Below are positions 37,874 through 48,107 of a stretch of 64,000 bases of DNA, one piece after another. Below the pieces are notes generated by a model. It saw only the letters and a program-made list of their open reading frames with translations, was not told the origin of the DNA and did no database searches. Source of the DNA: a bacterium (GTDB taxonomy: Bacteria; Bacillota_I; Bacilli_A; RFN20; CAG-288); assembly GCA_963612025.1 (NCBI GenBank), contig CAVDUB010000008.1, positions 4,602 through 68,601 on the forward strand, read 5' to 3'. The position numbers and the translations under genes are program-made. The stretch's first letter is position 1. Each line of letters opens with the position of its first letter.

Positions 37874-39834
37874 CAGTCTTCTCCCTCCAGTTCCTTATTG
37901 ATTCTCGAATCGCTGATTTTCCTTAAAGGCAGGAAAGAAGCGATGAAGCAACAGAAAATCGTCAAAAGGATGATTAGGACAAAAGCCATCGGATCAAAAA
38001 AAGAAAGAAAGCGGACGAGGTTGTTCTTCAAGAGAAGAGAATTGATGACCATAGTGGAAAAAAGAGAAAATATGAAGGTGATCAAAAGGGAGATACAGAT
38101 GAAAATCCATGCCAGGCCAAGGACAAGCCTTCCGAGATTCTTCTTTGTGCTGAAGGCTTTCAAAAGAGCAAAAAGTCGGATTTGATCCTCATATAATGAA
38201 TAAACCGATAGGAATTCAAGCATAACACAGGATATAGTATTCAAAACAAGAAAGAGTGATAACACTTTCAATAAAGAAGAGAGAATGTCTTTTGTACTCT
38301 CTTTCATGTCCATCGACGGTGAATTGATTTTGACTTTTTTCTTGAAATAATGATTGCTCAGGGTGGAAATTTTTTCTGGATTTTCATTTTCAACATAAAG
38401 ACAATTGCTTTTGAAGTCATCGTGGTCATATTCGCTATCTATAATCAGGTCATAAAGATTTTTTTGCTGATCCAGTTCTTCGCTGATGTTGCATAACTCG
38501 ATTTCTCGAAATGATAGAAGCATTTTTTCATAAGGATAATAGAGAATGGGCTTATTGAAGGCTTCCTTCTCCTTGGAGATGCCGACGATGGTGAAATCAA
38601 AGTCGAACTTAAAGGGATCCTCTGCCTTGAAACCTGTGCTGTAGAGAAGAACTTCCCTTGAAAAATGGATTTTTCGATTTAGAATCTCTTTTTCATCCAA
38701 TCCCGTTTCCTTGACAAAAGACAGGTTGACGATGATGTCTGTCTCCTTTGATGTTTGATTTCCGATCTTGAGTCTTTCTTTCTTTTCTTCCATGAATGGA
38801 TAAATCGAAGAGGTGAATGTTTTCTTGTTCAGGTTGATTTCATAGGCGTTCGGAATGAAATAATCCAAGGAATAATGGACCTTCTTAAGACTCAATATGG
38901 AAAGGACTTCGTCGGAAGGAATACTGTTCTTCTTTAGATGAAGATTGCCAGAGGAGGCCACTTCTTCAACCATGGAGATGGAAAATGTATTATAGGCATA
39001 GTATTCCTGAGAAAGACTGTCTATGCTTTTATCCATATGAAAATTCAGATTCAGGCCAAGATAGAGAAGAAGACAATTCAAAGAAAGAAAGAGAATGGAA
39101 AAGAAAGTGCGTTTCTTTTTCATTTTCAGAAACTTCAGATTAAGAAAAAAAGATGCTTTCATAGTCATTTTTTTCTTTTCAGTGTCGACGATTTCTACTT
39201 TTCTGCTTTCTTGCTGGATTGGATTTTGCTTGATCAATTCTATTTTTTTATTTTTGAGCATGTAGATCAAATCTGCACTTTCGCTTGCATGAATTTCATC
39301 ATGCGAGACAAGAATGATGAGATGATCTCTGGAAAGTTCTTTTAAAAGCTGATAGATATTTGCCGAATTCATTTCATCGAGTTGCCCTGTCGGTTCATCC
39401 AAAATCAGAATATGTTGGTTCTTGATGAGGCCTCGACATATGGAGACACGGACGCATTCTCCTCCACTGAGCTGGCTGGGCAATTTGTCTTTAAGGCTTT
39501 CCAGTCCGAGTCTTTTTAGATAAGGGACGACTTTCTTTGTTGCCTCCTTTAAATCGCAGCCATCAAAAAGAAGAGGCAGTGCGATATTTTCCTCCACGGT
39601 AAGGTAAGGAAGAAGAAGCGGGCTTTGAAAAACACAGCTCGGCGTAGAATCCAGGGTAATCGTCCCGCTATTCGGAAGCAAGGTTTTATTCAATAGGGAG
39701 AGGAAGGTTGTCTTTCCACAGCCTGAGGGCCCGAGCAGCAACACAAAGCCATTTTCAGGCAAGAGAAGAGAGAGGTTCGAAAAAATGACATGATCACCGT
39801 ATGAGAAATTGACATCGTGAATTTGAATGGACAT
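37873..39834 (-). CDS. Fused ABC ATPase + FtsX-type permease (MacB-like topology)
   Basis: I start at ATG 39834 after a GGGAGG SD (MSIQIHDVNFSYGD...); the track ORF extends to 40092 into folD. The NBD has GPSGCGKTT, LSGGECVR and ILILDEPT. TM1 is FFSILFLSLNCLLLYLGL, followed by a long hydrophilic region and a C-terminal 3-TM FtsX-like bundle. Its stop shares a base with the downstream start. Confidence 0.8.
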   Translation of the reverse strand: MSIQIHDVNFSYGDHVIFSNLSLLLPENGFVLLLGPSGCGKTTFLSLLNKTLLPNSGTITLDSTPSCVFQSPLLLPYLTVEENIALPLLFDGCDLKEATKKVVPYLKRLGLESLKDKLPSQLSGGECVRVSICRGLIKNQHILILDEPTGQLDEMNSANIYQLLKELSRDHLIILVSHDEIHASESADLIYMLKNKKIELIKQNPIQQESRKVEIVDTEKKKMTMKASFFLNLKFLKMKKKRTFFSILFLSLNCLLLYLGLNLNFHMDKSIDSLSQEYYAYNTFSISMVEEVASSGNLHLKKNSIPSDEVLSILSLKKVHYSLDYFIPNAYEINLNKKTFTSSIYPFMEEKKERLKIGNQTSKETDIIVNLSFVKETGLDEKEILNRKIHFSREVLLYSTGFKAEDPFKFDFDFTIVGISKEKEAFNKPILYYPYEKMLLSFREIELCNISEELDQQKNLYDLIIDSEYDHDDFKSNCLYVENENPEKISTLSNHYFKKKVKINSPSMDMKESTKDILSSLLKVLSLFLVLNTISCVMLEFLSVYSLYEDQIRLFALLKAFSTKKNLGRLVLGLAWIFICISLLITFIFSLFSTMVINSLLLKNNLVRFLSFFDPMAFVLIILLTIFCCFIASFLPLRKISDSRINKELEGED

Positions 39835-39887
39835 TTCTTTTTCCTCCCTACTTCTATATGGGAAGCAACAGAGGTGAAATTTTGGAT

Positions 39888-39939
39888 AAAAAGAAAAAAG
39901 ACATAACAGAATGGACACTTTGTCAAATTCTGTTATGTC
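39888..39939 (-). terminator. Terminator after folD
   Basis: A perfect 13-bp stem GACATAACAGAAT (39900-12)/ATTCTGTTATGTC (39927-39) is followed on the minus strand by a long T-rich run. Confidence 0.85.
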
Positions 39940-39944
39940 ATAGT

Positions 39945-40748
39945 CTATCTTTTCTTCTTTAGATGAATCGCGTTGAGCAAAAGACAATAGGACGTCAGTA
40001 CGCCGATTCCGCCCGGAACCGGTGTGTAGCCAAAAAGAGAATTTTCTTTTGGGATGAATCCCAAGTCTCCGCCATTCGGATTGAAACCACAATCGAGAAT
40101 AGTCAAGGATGGATGAAGGCTTTCTTCTTTGACGAGAGAACTTTTTCCAGTGGCGAGAACGAGGATGTCGGCTTGCTTGACATATTCCTGAATCGTCTTA
40201 TTATCGACTTTGGAATGAAGAAGCGTGGTTGCCGCATTCATTTTGTTCAAGAGCTGGAAGCAGGGATAGCCCACTTCGGTGCTTCGACCAAGAACAACGG
40301 CTTTCTTTCCCTCGGTTGGAATCTTATAGTAGGAGAGGATTCGCCTGACAGATTGACTTGTCGCGGTGAGATAGTCTAAATCTCCCCCAAAAAGGAATCC
40401 TCGATTTTCGTTTGTCAGCATATCAGGATCCTGGCTTGGCGGAATCAAGGAAAGGAATTCTTTTTCGTAATCGACTTGAAGCGGGCGTGCCATGAGGATG
40501 CTTCTTCCTTCGCTCTCCTTTTTGAAGAGAGAAAGGTTGGTTTCTTTGTCTTGGCTTGGGTCGATGAATCCTTCTGAATAGGGGATTGAAAAGGCGGTCA
40601 GTGTTTTCTTGATGCCGTTGAGATACGCTTTGCTTGCATAGTCCTCTTTGTTGGAATAGAGGTAGAACGAAAGAGAAACATCCTTGAGTTCTTTTTCGAT
40701 TTCTTCTTTCAAAAGAGGACGGATTTCTTTTCCGGAAAGTATTTTCAT
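39945..40748 (-). CDS. folD: Bifunctional methylene-THF dehydrogenase/methenyl-THF cyclohydrolase
   Basis: 267 aa with VLGRSTEVGYP and TPVPGGIGVLT motifs. The usual PCTP motif is replaced here (…LTATSQSV…). Confidence 0.82.
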   Translation of the reverse strand: MKILSGKEIRPLLKEEIEKELKDVSLSFYLYSNKEDYASKAYLNGIKKTLTAFSIPYSEGFIDPSQDKETNLSLFKKESEGRSILMARPLQVDYEKEFLSLIPPSQDPDMLTNENRGFLFGGDLDYLTATSQSVRRILSYYKIPTEGKKAVVLGRSTEVGYPCFQLLNKMNAATTLLHSKVDNKTIQEYVKQADILVLATGKSSLVKEESLHPSLTILDCGFNPNGGDLGFIPKENSLFGYTPVPGGIGVLTSYCLLLNAIHLKKKR

Positions 40749-40749
40749 A

Positions 40750-42354
40750 TCAGTTCATTTTTTTGCTTGCCGGAATCTTTGGAAGCCCAGGCATCGTGAA
40801 AATATCACCTGTGAGTGGGACGACGAATTGGGCACCTGTAAAGAGTCTGAGTTTCTTGACGTGGAGAGTGTGATCGACGGGAACATTGAGCTGATGCGGA
40901 TCATCGCTGAGGGAATTCGGCACTTTGGAGACGCAAATATTGAAATTCTTAAAGTCGCTGTTTTCCAAATTATGGAGCTGTTCGAGAACTTCAGGGGCAT
41001 ATTCGACATTCTTTGCGCCGTACATTGTCTTGGCAATTTTTTCGATTTTCTCCTCGAGATTCATGTCGAAAGAAACAAGAGGTGCGTAATGGCATTCGTC
41101 TTTTTCCAAAACTTCGACAACTTTCTTGGCTAAATCAGTTGCCCCTTTCGGTCCATCGACATAAGAGGAATTGAGGCTATAGGGGATGCCTTTATGGGAA
41201 AGATAAGTTTCCACGACTTCGATTTCTTTTGCGCTATCATCTTTGAATTGATTGATTCCAATGATGACAGGGACGTGAAAAGCCTGGACATTCTCAATAT
41301 GCTTTTCTAGATTGGCTAATCCAATTTTTGTCGCTTCGACATTTTCGTTGCTCAATTCTTCGAACTTGACTCCTCCATGAAGTTTCAATGCGCGGATCGA
41401 GCAGACAAGCACGACAGCATCTGGGTGGAACCCGCCTAATGGGGAAACGATATCCATGTATTTTTCCATGCCGAGGTCACTTCCGAATCCGCTCTCCGTG
41501 ACGACATAGTCGGATAACTTCAGGGCTAAGTCAGTGGCAATGATCGAATTGGTTCCATGGGCTATGTTGGCAAAGGGTCCGCCATGAACCAAGACAGGGG
41601 TATGATATTTGCTTTGGACAAGATTTGGATTCAGGGCAGTATGCATCAGCTTCTTGATTGCGTTGCGACATTCAAGCTGTTTGACATAAATCGGATTTCC
41701 TTCCTTGGAGTAGGCGACAAGTATATTTTCGACACGATCAAGAAAATCTTCCTCATCCTTGCATAGAGCGAATATGGCCATAATTTCACTTGCGGCGGTG
41801 ATGACAAAATGGGATGGATGGGGAATCGCTTTTTTATCGTTGAGGGATGTTTGGATGTCTCTTAAGGAGCGGTCGTTCATATCCATGCAGCGAGGGAAGA
41901 CGATTCTTTCAGGATCCACGTTCAGGCTCGACTGCTGGAAAAGCTCATTGTCGATCAAGGCGGCGATAAGGTTGTTGGCGGAGGTGATGGCATGCATGTC
42001 GCCTGTGAAATGGAGATTGATGTCCTCTTCAGGATAGAGGGTTTCCTCTCCTCCTCCGGCACCGCCACCTTTCACGCCGAAAACAGGCCCGAGAGAAGGC
42101 TCTCTTAAGACAGCCATGGCATTGTAGGACAGTGCCTTCAATCCATCGGCAAGACCGATGGCGGTTGTTGTCTTTCCTTCACCGGCTTTTGTCGGAGTGA
42201 TGGCGGTTGTCAGAATCAGTTTTCCTTTTCTTTTCAAATTGGAAGGAAGGCTGCTTAAATCGATTTTTGCCTTATCTCTTCCATAGTAGATTAAATTGTC
42301 TTCATTGAGGCCTAATTCTTCACAGATCGGCTTGATGTCATACTCTTTGTTCAT
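40750..42354 (-). CDS. fhs: Formate--tetrahydrofolate ligase
   Basis: 534 aa with the P-loop PTKAGEGKTTTAIGL and GGPFANIAHG. Confidence 0.93.
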   Translation of the reverse strand: MNKEYDIKPICEELGLNEDNLIYYGRDKAKIDLSSLPSNLKRKGKLILTTAITPTKAGEGKTTTAIGLADGLKALSYNAMAVLREPSLGPVFGVKGGGAGGGEETLYPEEDINLHFTGDMHAITSANNLIAALIDNELFQQSSLNVDPERIVFPRCMDMNDRSLRDIQTSLNDKKAIPHPSHFVITAASEIMAIFALCKDEEDFLDRVENILVAYSKEGNPIYVKQLECRNAIKKLMHTALNPNLVQSKYHTPVLVHGGPFANIAHGTNSIIATDLALKLSDYVVTESGFGSDLGMEKYMDIVSPLGGFHPDAVVLVCSIRALKLHGGVKFEELSNENVEATKIGLANLEKHIENVQAFHVPVIIGINQFKDDSAKEIEVVETYLSHKGIPYSLNSSYVDGPKGATDLAKKVVEVLEKDECHYAPLVSFDMNLEEKIEKIAKTMYGAKNVEYAPEVLEQLHNLENSDFKNFNICVSKVPNSLSDDPHQLNVPVDHTLHVKKLRLFTGAQFVVPLTGDIFTMPGLPKIPASKKMN

Positions 42355-42375
42355 GATAGGGTCTCCTAACTTGTA

Positions 42376-43290
42376 CTATTCTAATGGAATCGAAATATGA
42401 AAAGAAGATTCTCTTTCTATTTTTTTGCGTAGGATTTCTTCGATTTCTTCTTTTGTTCCGCTTGTGATGGAATCAAACTGATGCTTAAGGAATGTTCTCT
42501 GCTTTTTGGCATACTGATGGGTATGAATCTTGATGAGGTCGATAACTGAAGAATCGATTTTTCGGTTTTCCTTGATGGCTTGGATGATTTCGACGTATCC
42601 GATGGTGGAAAAAGGACGGGAATTCTCATTATATTTCTGATAGAGGGCTGTCACTTCCTCAACGAGGCCATTTTTGACCATGGCATCGATTCTTTGATCA
42701 ATTTTTCGATTTCCTTCTTCCTTGGAGATGTTCAGGCAATAGAATTCGCATGGATAAATCGGCTGACCTGAATTTTGATTCTGGATTTCTTTTTTGGAAG
42801 TGCCTTCATCCAATTGGACGAGGGCACGAAGGACTCTTCTCGGGTTCTTTATATCGATGCTTTTGTAGGTTTCCAAGGATTTTTCTTTTAGGATTCTTTG
42901 CATCTCATCCAAGGACAGGGTCTCATAGGGACTTTTTCTCTTTTGGTCTTCTTTTTGGAAGACGTAGTTGAAAAGAAGGGCTTTGACATAAAGGAAGTTT
43001 CCTCCGACGACAAGGATATCTTTTCCTTCCCGGTTATATTTTTCCAGAATGGGACGGCATTTCTGTTGGAAATCATACACGGATATATCCTCATCTGGTT
43101 CATATTCATCATAAAAATAATACGGAACAGAACCGATTTCCTCTTTGGATGGCTTATCGGTTCCAATCTGCATGATCTTATAGCATTGATAGGCATCGGC
43201 GGAAATGACGGGCAGGGAGAATTCCTTTGCCAGTTTCAGGGCAAGGGATGTTTTTCCGCTGGCCGTCTGGCCAAGCAAACAGTAAATCAA
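42376..43290 (-). CDS. miaA: tRNA dimethylallyltransferase
   Basis: 304 aa with the P-loop GQTASGKTSLALKLA and ISADAYQCYK. Confidence 0.9.
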   Translation of the reverse strand: MIYCLLGQTASGKTSLALKLAKEFSLPVISADAYQCYKIMQIGTDKPSKEEIGSVPYYFYDEYEPDEDISVYDFQQKCRPILEKYNREGKDILVVGGNFLYVKALLFNYVFQKEDQKRKSPYETLSLDEMQRILKEKSLETYKSIDIKNPRRVLRALVQLDEGTSKKEIQNQNSGQPIYPCEFYCLNISKEEGNRKIDQRIDAMVKNGLVEEVTALYQKYNENSRPFSTIGYVEIIQAIKENRKIDSSVIDLIKIHTHQYAKKQRTFLKHQFDSITSGTKEEIEEILRKKIERESSFHISIPLE

Positions 43291-45206
43291 AATCCGGTTC
43301 TCCTAAACATTTTCTCGACGTCGGCCTTCGTGATTTTTATGATGGTCGGTCTACCATGGGGGCAGTTGGCAGGATTCTTGCATTTGGAGAGATCCTTCAA
43401 GAGGGCCTCGATTTCAAAGAGAGACATATGATGATTGGCCTTGATGGATTTCTTGCATGCGATATTGGCAATCGTCAGATGAAGAAGGCTGATGGGATCG
43501 GCTGATTCGTTATTCAGGCAGGAATGGACGCAATCGAGGATGACCTCTTCATCGTTCTTTTCATTGAGGAAGGAAGGAATCTCTGAGACCTTGATGGAAT
43601 TTCCTCCGAATTCCTCGGTCTTGATGCCGATGGAAGAAAGACGATTGATATGTTCCTCATCGTAGTTGAGACGCTCTTTATAAGTGAGTTCCACCGTGAT
43701 AGGGAAAAGAGGGACGATGCGGCTTCTTATGCTTTTGAAGAGGGCCTCGGTTTTTTCATAGTTCACTCTCTCGGCAGCGGCATGCTGATCGAGAATGTAG
43801 AAGCAGTCGATGCCATCACAAAGGACATAGGTCTGTAAGACTTGGCCGATCGGATGCATTTCAGGAAGTTGGTAAGAAATATTTTCCTTTTCAAAAATTG
43901 TGGAATAGTAGTCTGTGGATGTATATTCCGCCTGTGGTTTTTCGTTTGAAGCAAGAGAGGATGAGGAAGTCTCCCTCTTTTCATTTCCGGATATGTGTGG
44001 ACTTTTCAGTTCATATGTCGGTTCAAACGGAAGGGAATCCTGAACATATTCCGGGAGTGCTTCTTTCTTTATGGGCTGAATCGAGGAATAGTCCTGACTT
44101 TCCTGAGCTTTATGTAAATCGCTTTGCTGAAGATCGGAGATATCAAAGGCATCTTCTTCAACCATAAGTGATTCGGCTTTTTTGTCTTCGCTTGCAAAAT
44201 AGATAGGCTTTTTGTAATTGAGTGTTTTCAGGACTTCTTCCTTGACATCTCTTGCAATCTCTTCTTCCATGGAGATGCGAACTTCCTTTTTGGTGGGATG
44301 GACATTGACATCAACCAACGAGGAATCCAACTGCAGATTAATAATGCAGAAAGGATATCTCAATGGTGGAAGGTAATCTTTATAGGCGTCTTCGATGCCT
44401 TTGTTGATCTTGTAATCATAAATACAGCGATTGTTCAAAAAGGTGAGCATGTCCTTTCTTCTCGAATAGTTGATTTCCGGTTTGGCAATATAGCCAGAGA
44501 AAGAATAGGCGATACCTTCTTTTTTGATTGGATAGAGAGATTGTGCGATGACATTTCCATAGATTTTCTGAATGGTTTCCAACAGATCGCCTCGTCCGCT
44601 TGTCTTGAAGATTTCCTTGCCGTCGATGGCTAAGGAGATGGAAACGGATGGGAATCCTAAGGCAAGATGCTCGACTGTTTCGATGATGCTGTAGGTTTCG
44701 ACTTTCTGTGATTTGAGATATTTGAGTCGGGCTGGCGTATTGAAGAAAAGATCCCGGACTTCAAAGATTGTGCCCTTTCGATTGAGGGCATCCGAAATCT
44801 GAAGTTCTTCATTCGGAGAAGATTCCACCTGGGTGCCACACTGGGCATTTTCGACGGCCGTTGTCAATTTCACCTTGCTGACAGCAGCGATCGAAGGAAT
44901 GGCCTCTCCACGGAAACCGAGTGTGCGGATACGGTTAAGATCATATTCCGTCTTGATCTTGCTTGAGGCATGTCTCAAGAAGCACGTCTTGGCATCCTCT
45001 CTATCCATTCCGGTTCCATCATCTTTGACAAGAATTGTGCCTTTTCCGGCATCGGTCACACCGATGTAGATGTTCTTAGCCTTGGCGTCGATGGCATTTT
45101 CAACCAATTCCTTGATGACGCTTGCCGGGCGTTCAATCACTTCGCCAGCGGCAATGAGGTTTGCCAGCTCTGGCTTCATCAATTGTATCTGGGACATTAT
45201 TTGCAC
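43287..45206 (-). CDS. mutL: DNA mismatch repair protein MutL
   Basis: 639 aa. The GHKL N-terminus reads LIAAGEVIERPASVIKELVENAIDA, and the C-terminal endonuclease region contains DQHAAAERVNYE. Confidence 0.95.
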   Translation of the reverse strand: MQIMSQIQLMKPELANLIAAGEVIERPASVIKELVENAIDAKAKNIYIGVTDAGKGTILVKDDGTGMDREDAKTCFLRHASSKIKTEYDLNRIRTLGFRGEAIPSIAAVSKVKLTTAVENAQCGTQVESSPNEELQISDALNRKGTIFEVRDLFFNTPARLKYLKSQKVETYSIIETVEHLALGFPSVSISLAIDGKEIFKTSGRGDLLETIQKIYGNVIAQSLYPIKKEGIAYSFSGYIAKPEINYSRRKDMLTFLNNRCIYDYKINKGIEDAYKDYLPPLRYPFCIINLQLDSSLVDVNVHPTKKEVRISMEEEIARDVKEEVLKTLNYKKPIYFASEDKKAESLMVEEDAFDISDLQQSDLHKAQESQDYSSIQPIKKEALPEYVQDSLPFEPTYELKSPHISGNEKRETSSSSLASNEKPQAEYTSTDYYSTIFEKENISYQLPEMHPIGQVLQTYVLCDGIDCFYILDQHAAAERVNYEKTEALFKSIRSRIVPLFPITVELTYKERLNYDEEHINRLSSIGIKTEEFGGNSIKVSEIPSFLNEKNDEEVILDCVHSCLNNESADPISLLHLTIANIACKKSIKANHHMSLFEIEALLKDLSKCKNPANCPHGRPTIIKITKADVEKMFRRTGF

Positions 45207-47734
45207 CTCTTCTTCAGATCGATGAGGTAGTTGAGTGCGTCAAGCGGGGAAAGAGTCATCGGATCGAGCTTCTTGATTTCTTCATGAAGCATGTCTTTTG
45301 GCTTCTCTTCGGCAACGACATTTTTCACCTGACTTTCTTTAATGGCAGAATTCTGCTCTAAGGAAACAAGAAGCTCATCAGCTCTTTCAATGATTTCATT
45401 TGGAAGGCCGGCTAATTTGGCAACATTGACACCATAGGAGCGGTCCATTGAACCATCTCTCATCTTATAAAGGAAAGTGACTTTTCCATCAGCTTCCTTC
45501 ACATCACAATGGATGTTCTTTACGGAAGATATTTTTTCACTTAATTTTGTAATTTCATGATAGTGAGTGGAAAAGAATGTCTTGGCATGGACAAAACGGA
45601 CGATGTATTCGATGATGGACTGAGCAATGGCCATGCCATCAAATGTGGCGGTTCCTCTTCCGATTTCATCAAAGAGGAAGAGAGAATGTTCGTCGGCTTT
45701 TTCAAGTGCGCCGGCGACTTCGCTCATCTCTGTCATGAATGTGGATTGTCCTTTTATGAGGTTATCGGATGCACCGATTCTCGTAAACAAGGAACCAAAA
45801 AGAGGAATTTCGCAGCAATCTGCAGGAACAAAGCAGCCAATCTGTGCCATGATGACGATAAGGCCGAATTCTTTCATGTAGGTCGATTTGCCGCCCATGT
45901 TAGGACCGGTGATGATCAAGACATTTGTTTTTTCATCCATTGTGTAGTCATTGGAGACGAAGATTTTATCTGGCGCTGCTTTTTCGATGATGGGGTGTCG
46001 TGCGTTGAGGACATGGATTTTTCCCTCTTGGTTAAAGGTAGGACGGATATAGTGATTTTCTGAACTGACGAAGGCGAGGTTTAGATAATAGTCGAGTTCG
46101 GAAAGTGCATCGGAGGTCTGCTGAATCTGCAAAGTGAATTGAGAGACATATCTTCTCAAATCTTTGAACAATTTGTATTCGAGCGAAGTCCGGTCATCTT
46201 TCGCACGCAAAATCTTGGCTTCCTTTTCCTGGAGTTCTTCGGTGATGTATCTTTCTCCTGTGGTCAGAGTCTGCTTTCGAATATATCCATATTCTGGTTT
46301 GACAAGATCAAGCTGAGCCTTAGTCACTTCGATATAGTAGCCAAAGACGGACGTGTATCCGACTTTCAGTTTGCTGATTCCTGTTCTTTCTTTTTCCCTG
46401 ATTTCCAATTGGGCTATCCATTCCTTGGCATCTCCCGTCAAGGAAATCAATTCGTCCAATTGATCGTTATAGCCTTTCTTGAAGATTTCGCCTTCGGTGA
46501 TAGTCAAGGGGCAGTCTTCAGAAATCGCTTTTTCGAGAAGCGTGACAAGTTCATCATAATTTCCCAATTTATCCGAAAGATGAACAACTTGTGGACAATC
46601 CTGAATTTGTAAAAGATGTTTCTTTATGGTCGGCAGTATCTCCAAAGAACGTTTAAGTTGAAGCAGGTCATGTCCATTGCAGTTTTCATAGCCCATTCTT
46701 GCGATGAGCCTTTCCATATCAAAGACGGATTCCAGATCCTTGCGGAGCGTTTCTCTTTCAAGATAATGATTTAAAAAGCACTCGGTCAGATCCAATCTTT
46801 TTTCGATTTCGTTTAGGCTGGCGCTGGGGCTTGTGATCTGGCTTTTCAGATAACGGCTTCCCATAGGAGTCTTGGTCTGGTTTAAGAGCCAATAGAGTGT
46901 TCCATAGGTCTTGTTATCCAATGATTTGACCAGTTCCATATTCGCCTGGGCAGAATAATCCAACTTCATGGATTTCTGTTCCATCTTGTTCTCGACGGGC
47001 TTGAAATAGGTCAGATCTCGTCTTTCCATGTTTTTCAGGTAGTTATAAAGGAGGGCGGAGGCCTCAATCTGTCTTTCATCCTTCAGGGCGCCAAAAAGTG
47101 AATCTGTCTCGATGGAGGTGGAAGAATCCTCATAATAGGAGATGCAGATATTGGAATTCGATTTAATGTAGCAGATTAGGTTATTGTCCGTGTCTTTTTT
47201 CAAGACGAGTTCCTTTATATCTAAAGAAAGAAGCTGCTCGACAATCCTCGAATAGCTGTTTTCCAAAGACAGGGCCTTCATTTCGCCGGTCGAGATATCT
47301 GCATATGATAAAAAGGCCTGACGCTGATCCATCACCAATGAAGCGATGAAATTGTTTTCATTGTTCGTCAGATCGAGGTTGGCACCGGGAGTGATGATTT
47401 GAATGACATCTCTCTTGACCAACTTCTTGGTCAGCTTCGGATCTTCAACCTGTTCGCAGATGGCGACTTTGTATCCATGATCGATGAGTTTCTGGGCATA
47501 TTGAAGATAGGCATGGTGGGGAATTCCGCACATCGGTATGAATTGACCATTTCCACAGGCTTTTTTGGTTAGAAAGAGCTGCAATTCACGGCTGACAATC
47601 TGCGCATCCTCCAAAAACATTTCATAAAAGTCTCCGATTCGGAAAAAGAGGATGATATCTCCATACTGCTTCTTGAAGGAAAGGTATTGTTCGACCATCG
47701 GGGTAAACCCGGTTTCTTTTGATTTCGTTGCCAT
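45197..47734 (-). CDS. mutS: DNA mismatch repair protein MutS
   Basis: 845 aa with TPMVEQYLSFKKQY, Walker A GPNMGGKSTYM, and STFMTEM. Confidence 0.96.
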   Translation of the reverse strand: MATKSKETGFTPMVEQYLSFKKQYGDIILFFRIGDFYEMFLEDAQIVSRELQLFLTKKACGNGQFIPMCGIPHHAYLQYAQKLIDHGYKVAICEQVEDPKLTKKLVKRDVIQIITPGANLDLTNNENNFIASLVMDQRQAFLSYADISTGEMKALSLENSYSRIVEQLLSLDIKELVLKKDTDNNLICYIKSNSNICISYYEDSSTSIETDSLFGALKDERQIEASALLYNYLKNMERRDLTYFKPVENKMEQKSMKLDYSAQANMELVKSLDNKTYGTLYWLLNQTKTPMGSRYLKSQITSPSASLNEIEKRLDLTECFLNHYLERETLRKDLESVFDMERLIARMGYENCNGHDLLQLKRSLEILPTIKKHLLQIQDCPQVVHLSDKLGNYDELVTLLEKAISEDCPLTITEGEIFKKGYNDQLDELISLTGDAKEWIAQLEIREKERTGISKLKVGYTSVFGYYIEVTKAQLDLVKPEYGYIRKQTLTTGERYITEELQEKEAKILRAKDDRTSLEYKLFKDLRRYVSQFTLQIQQTSDALSELDYYLNLAFVSSENHYIRPTFNQEGKIHVLNARHPIIEKAAPDKIFVSNDYTMDEKTNVLIITGPNMGGKSTYMKEFGLIVIMAQIGCFVPADCCEIPLFGSLFTRIGASDNLIKGQSTFMTEMSEVAGALEKADEHSLFLFDEIGRGTATFDGMAIAQSIIEYIVRFVHAKTFFSTHYHEITKLSEKISSVKNIHCDVKEADGKVTFLYKMRDGSMDRSYGVNVAKLAGLPNEIIERADELLVSLEQNSAIKESQVKNVVAEEKPKDMLHEEIKKLDPMTLSPLDALNYLIDLKKRCK

Positions 47735-47769
47735 AATGATGTCCTCTGAAACTGACGTCTACTATTATA

Positions 47770-47808
47770 CTTGAAAAACAAAGAGAGACGAACTAGAGTT
47801 TCGTCTCT
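47770..47808 (-). terminator. Terminator after ymcA (stop codon in the loop)
   Basis: GAGACGAA (47785-92)/TTCGTCTC (47799-806) is followed on the minus strand by TTTGTTTTT. A TATAAT (revcomp of 47764-69) for mutS follows. Confidence 0.7.
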
Positions 47809-48107
47809 GTCAAAGGTTTTATGATTTCATCGATTTCTTCCTTGATGGAAAGAAGATTGATCACGAGTGGATCGTTTTTATATTCGATATCCAGTCTCTT
47901 GCAGAGAGAAAGAACCTCATCTTTCTTGTCGGAAGAGATGTATTTCAATTTCGACTGGAAAGTTTCTCTTGTCTTTTTGATTTCCTGAAGATGAGTATCT
48001 TGTTCGAGTTCCTGCTTGAGAAAGTGATAGCGTTGAACAATATCCAAGGAGGAAAAGTCATTCAAGAGCCTATCGGCTTTCAGGTAGAGGTCAGCGATTT
48101 CACTCAT
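47793..48107 (-). CDS. ymcA: YlbF/YmcA family protein (RicA-like)
   Basis: About 104 aa from ATG 48107 (MSEIADLYLKADRL...); the track uses a TTG 5 codons upstream. It lies directly downstream of miaB, as ymcA follows ymcB in Bacillus, and overlaps the miaB stop by 8 nt. Confidence 0.7.
   Translation of the reverse strand: MSEIADLYLKADRLLNDFSSLDIVQRYHFLKQELEQDTHLQEIKKTRETFQSKLKYISSDKKDEVLSLCKRLDIEYKNDPLVINLLSIKEEIDEIIKPLTETKL

Noticed and set aside
39835-40092. Upstream extensions of track ORFs created by alternative starts. Examples are 39835-40092 (ABC), 20580-20729 (coaX), 29308-29430 (HK), 30411-30443 (metN), 56176-56250 (nfnA), 57048-57104 (nfnB), 54104-54118 (recA), 62030-62080 (nuclease) and 7249-7305 (CNNM).
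   Set aside because: The extensions overlap neighbouring genes or regulatory RNA, lack SDs, and precede canonical family N-termini that do have good SDs.
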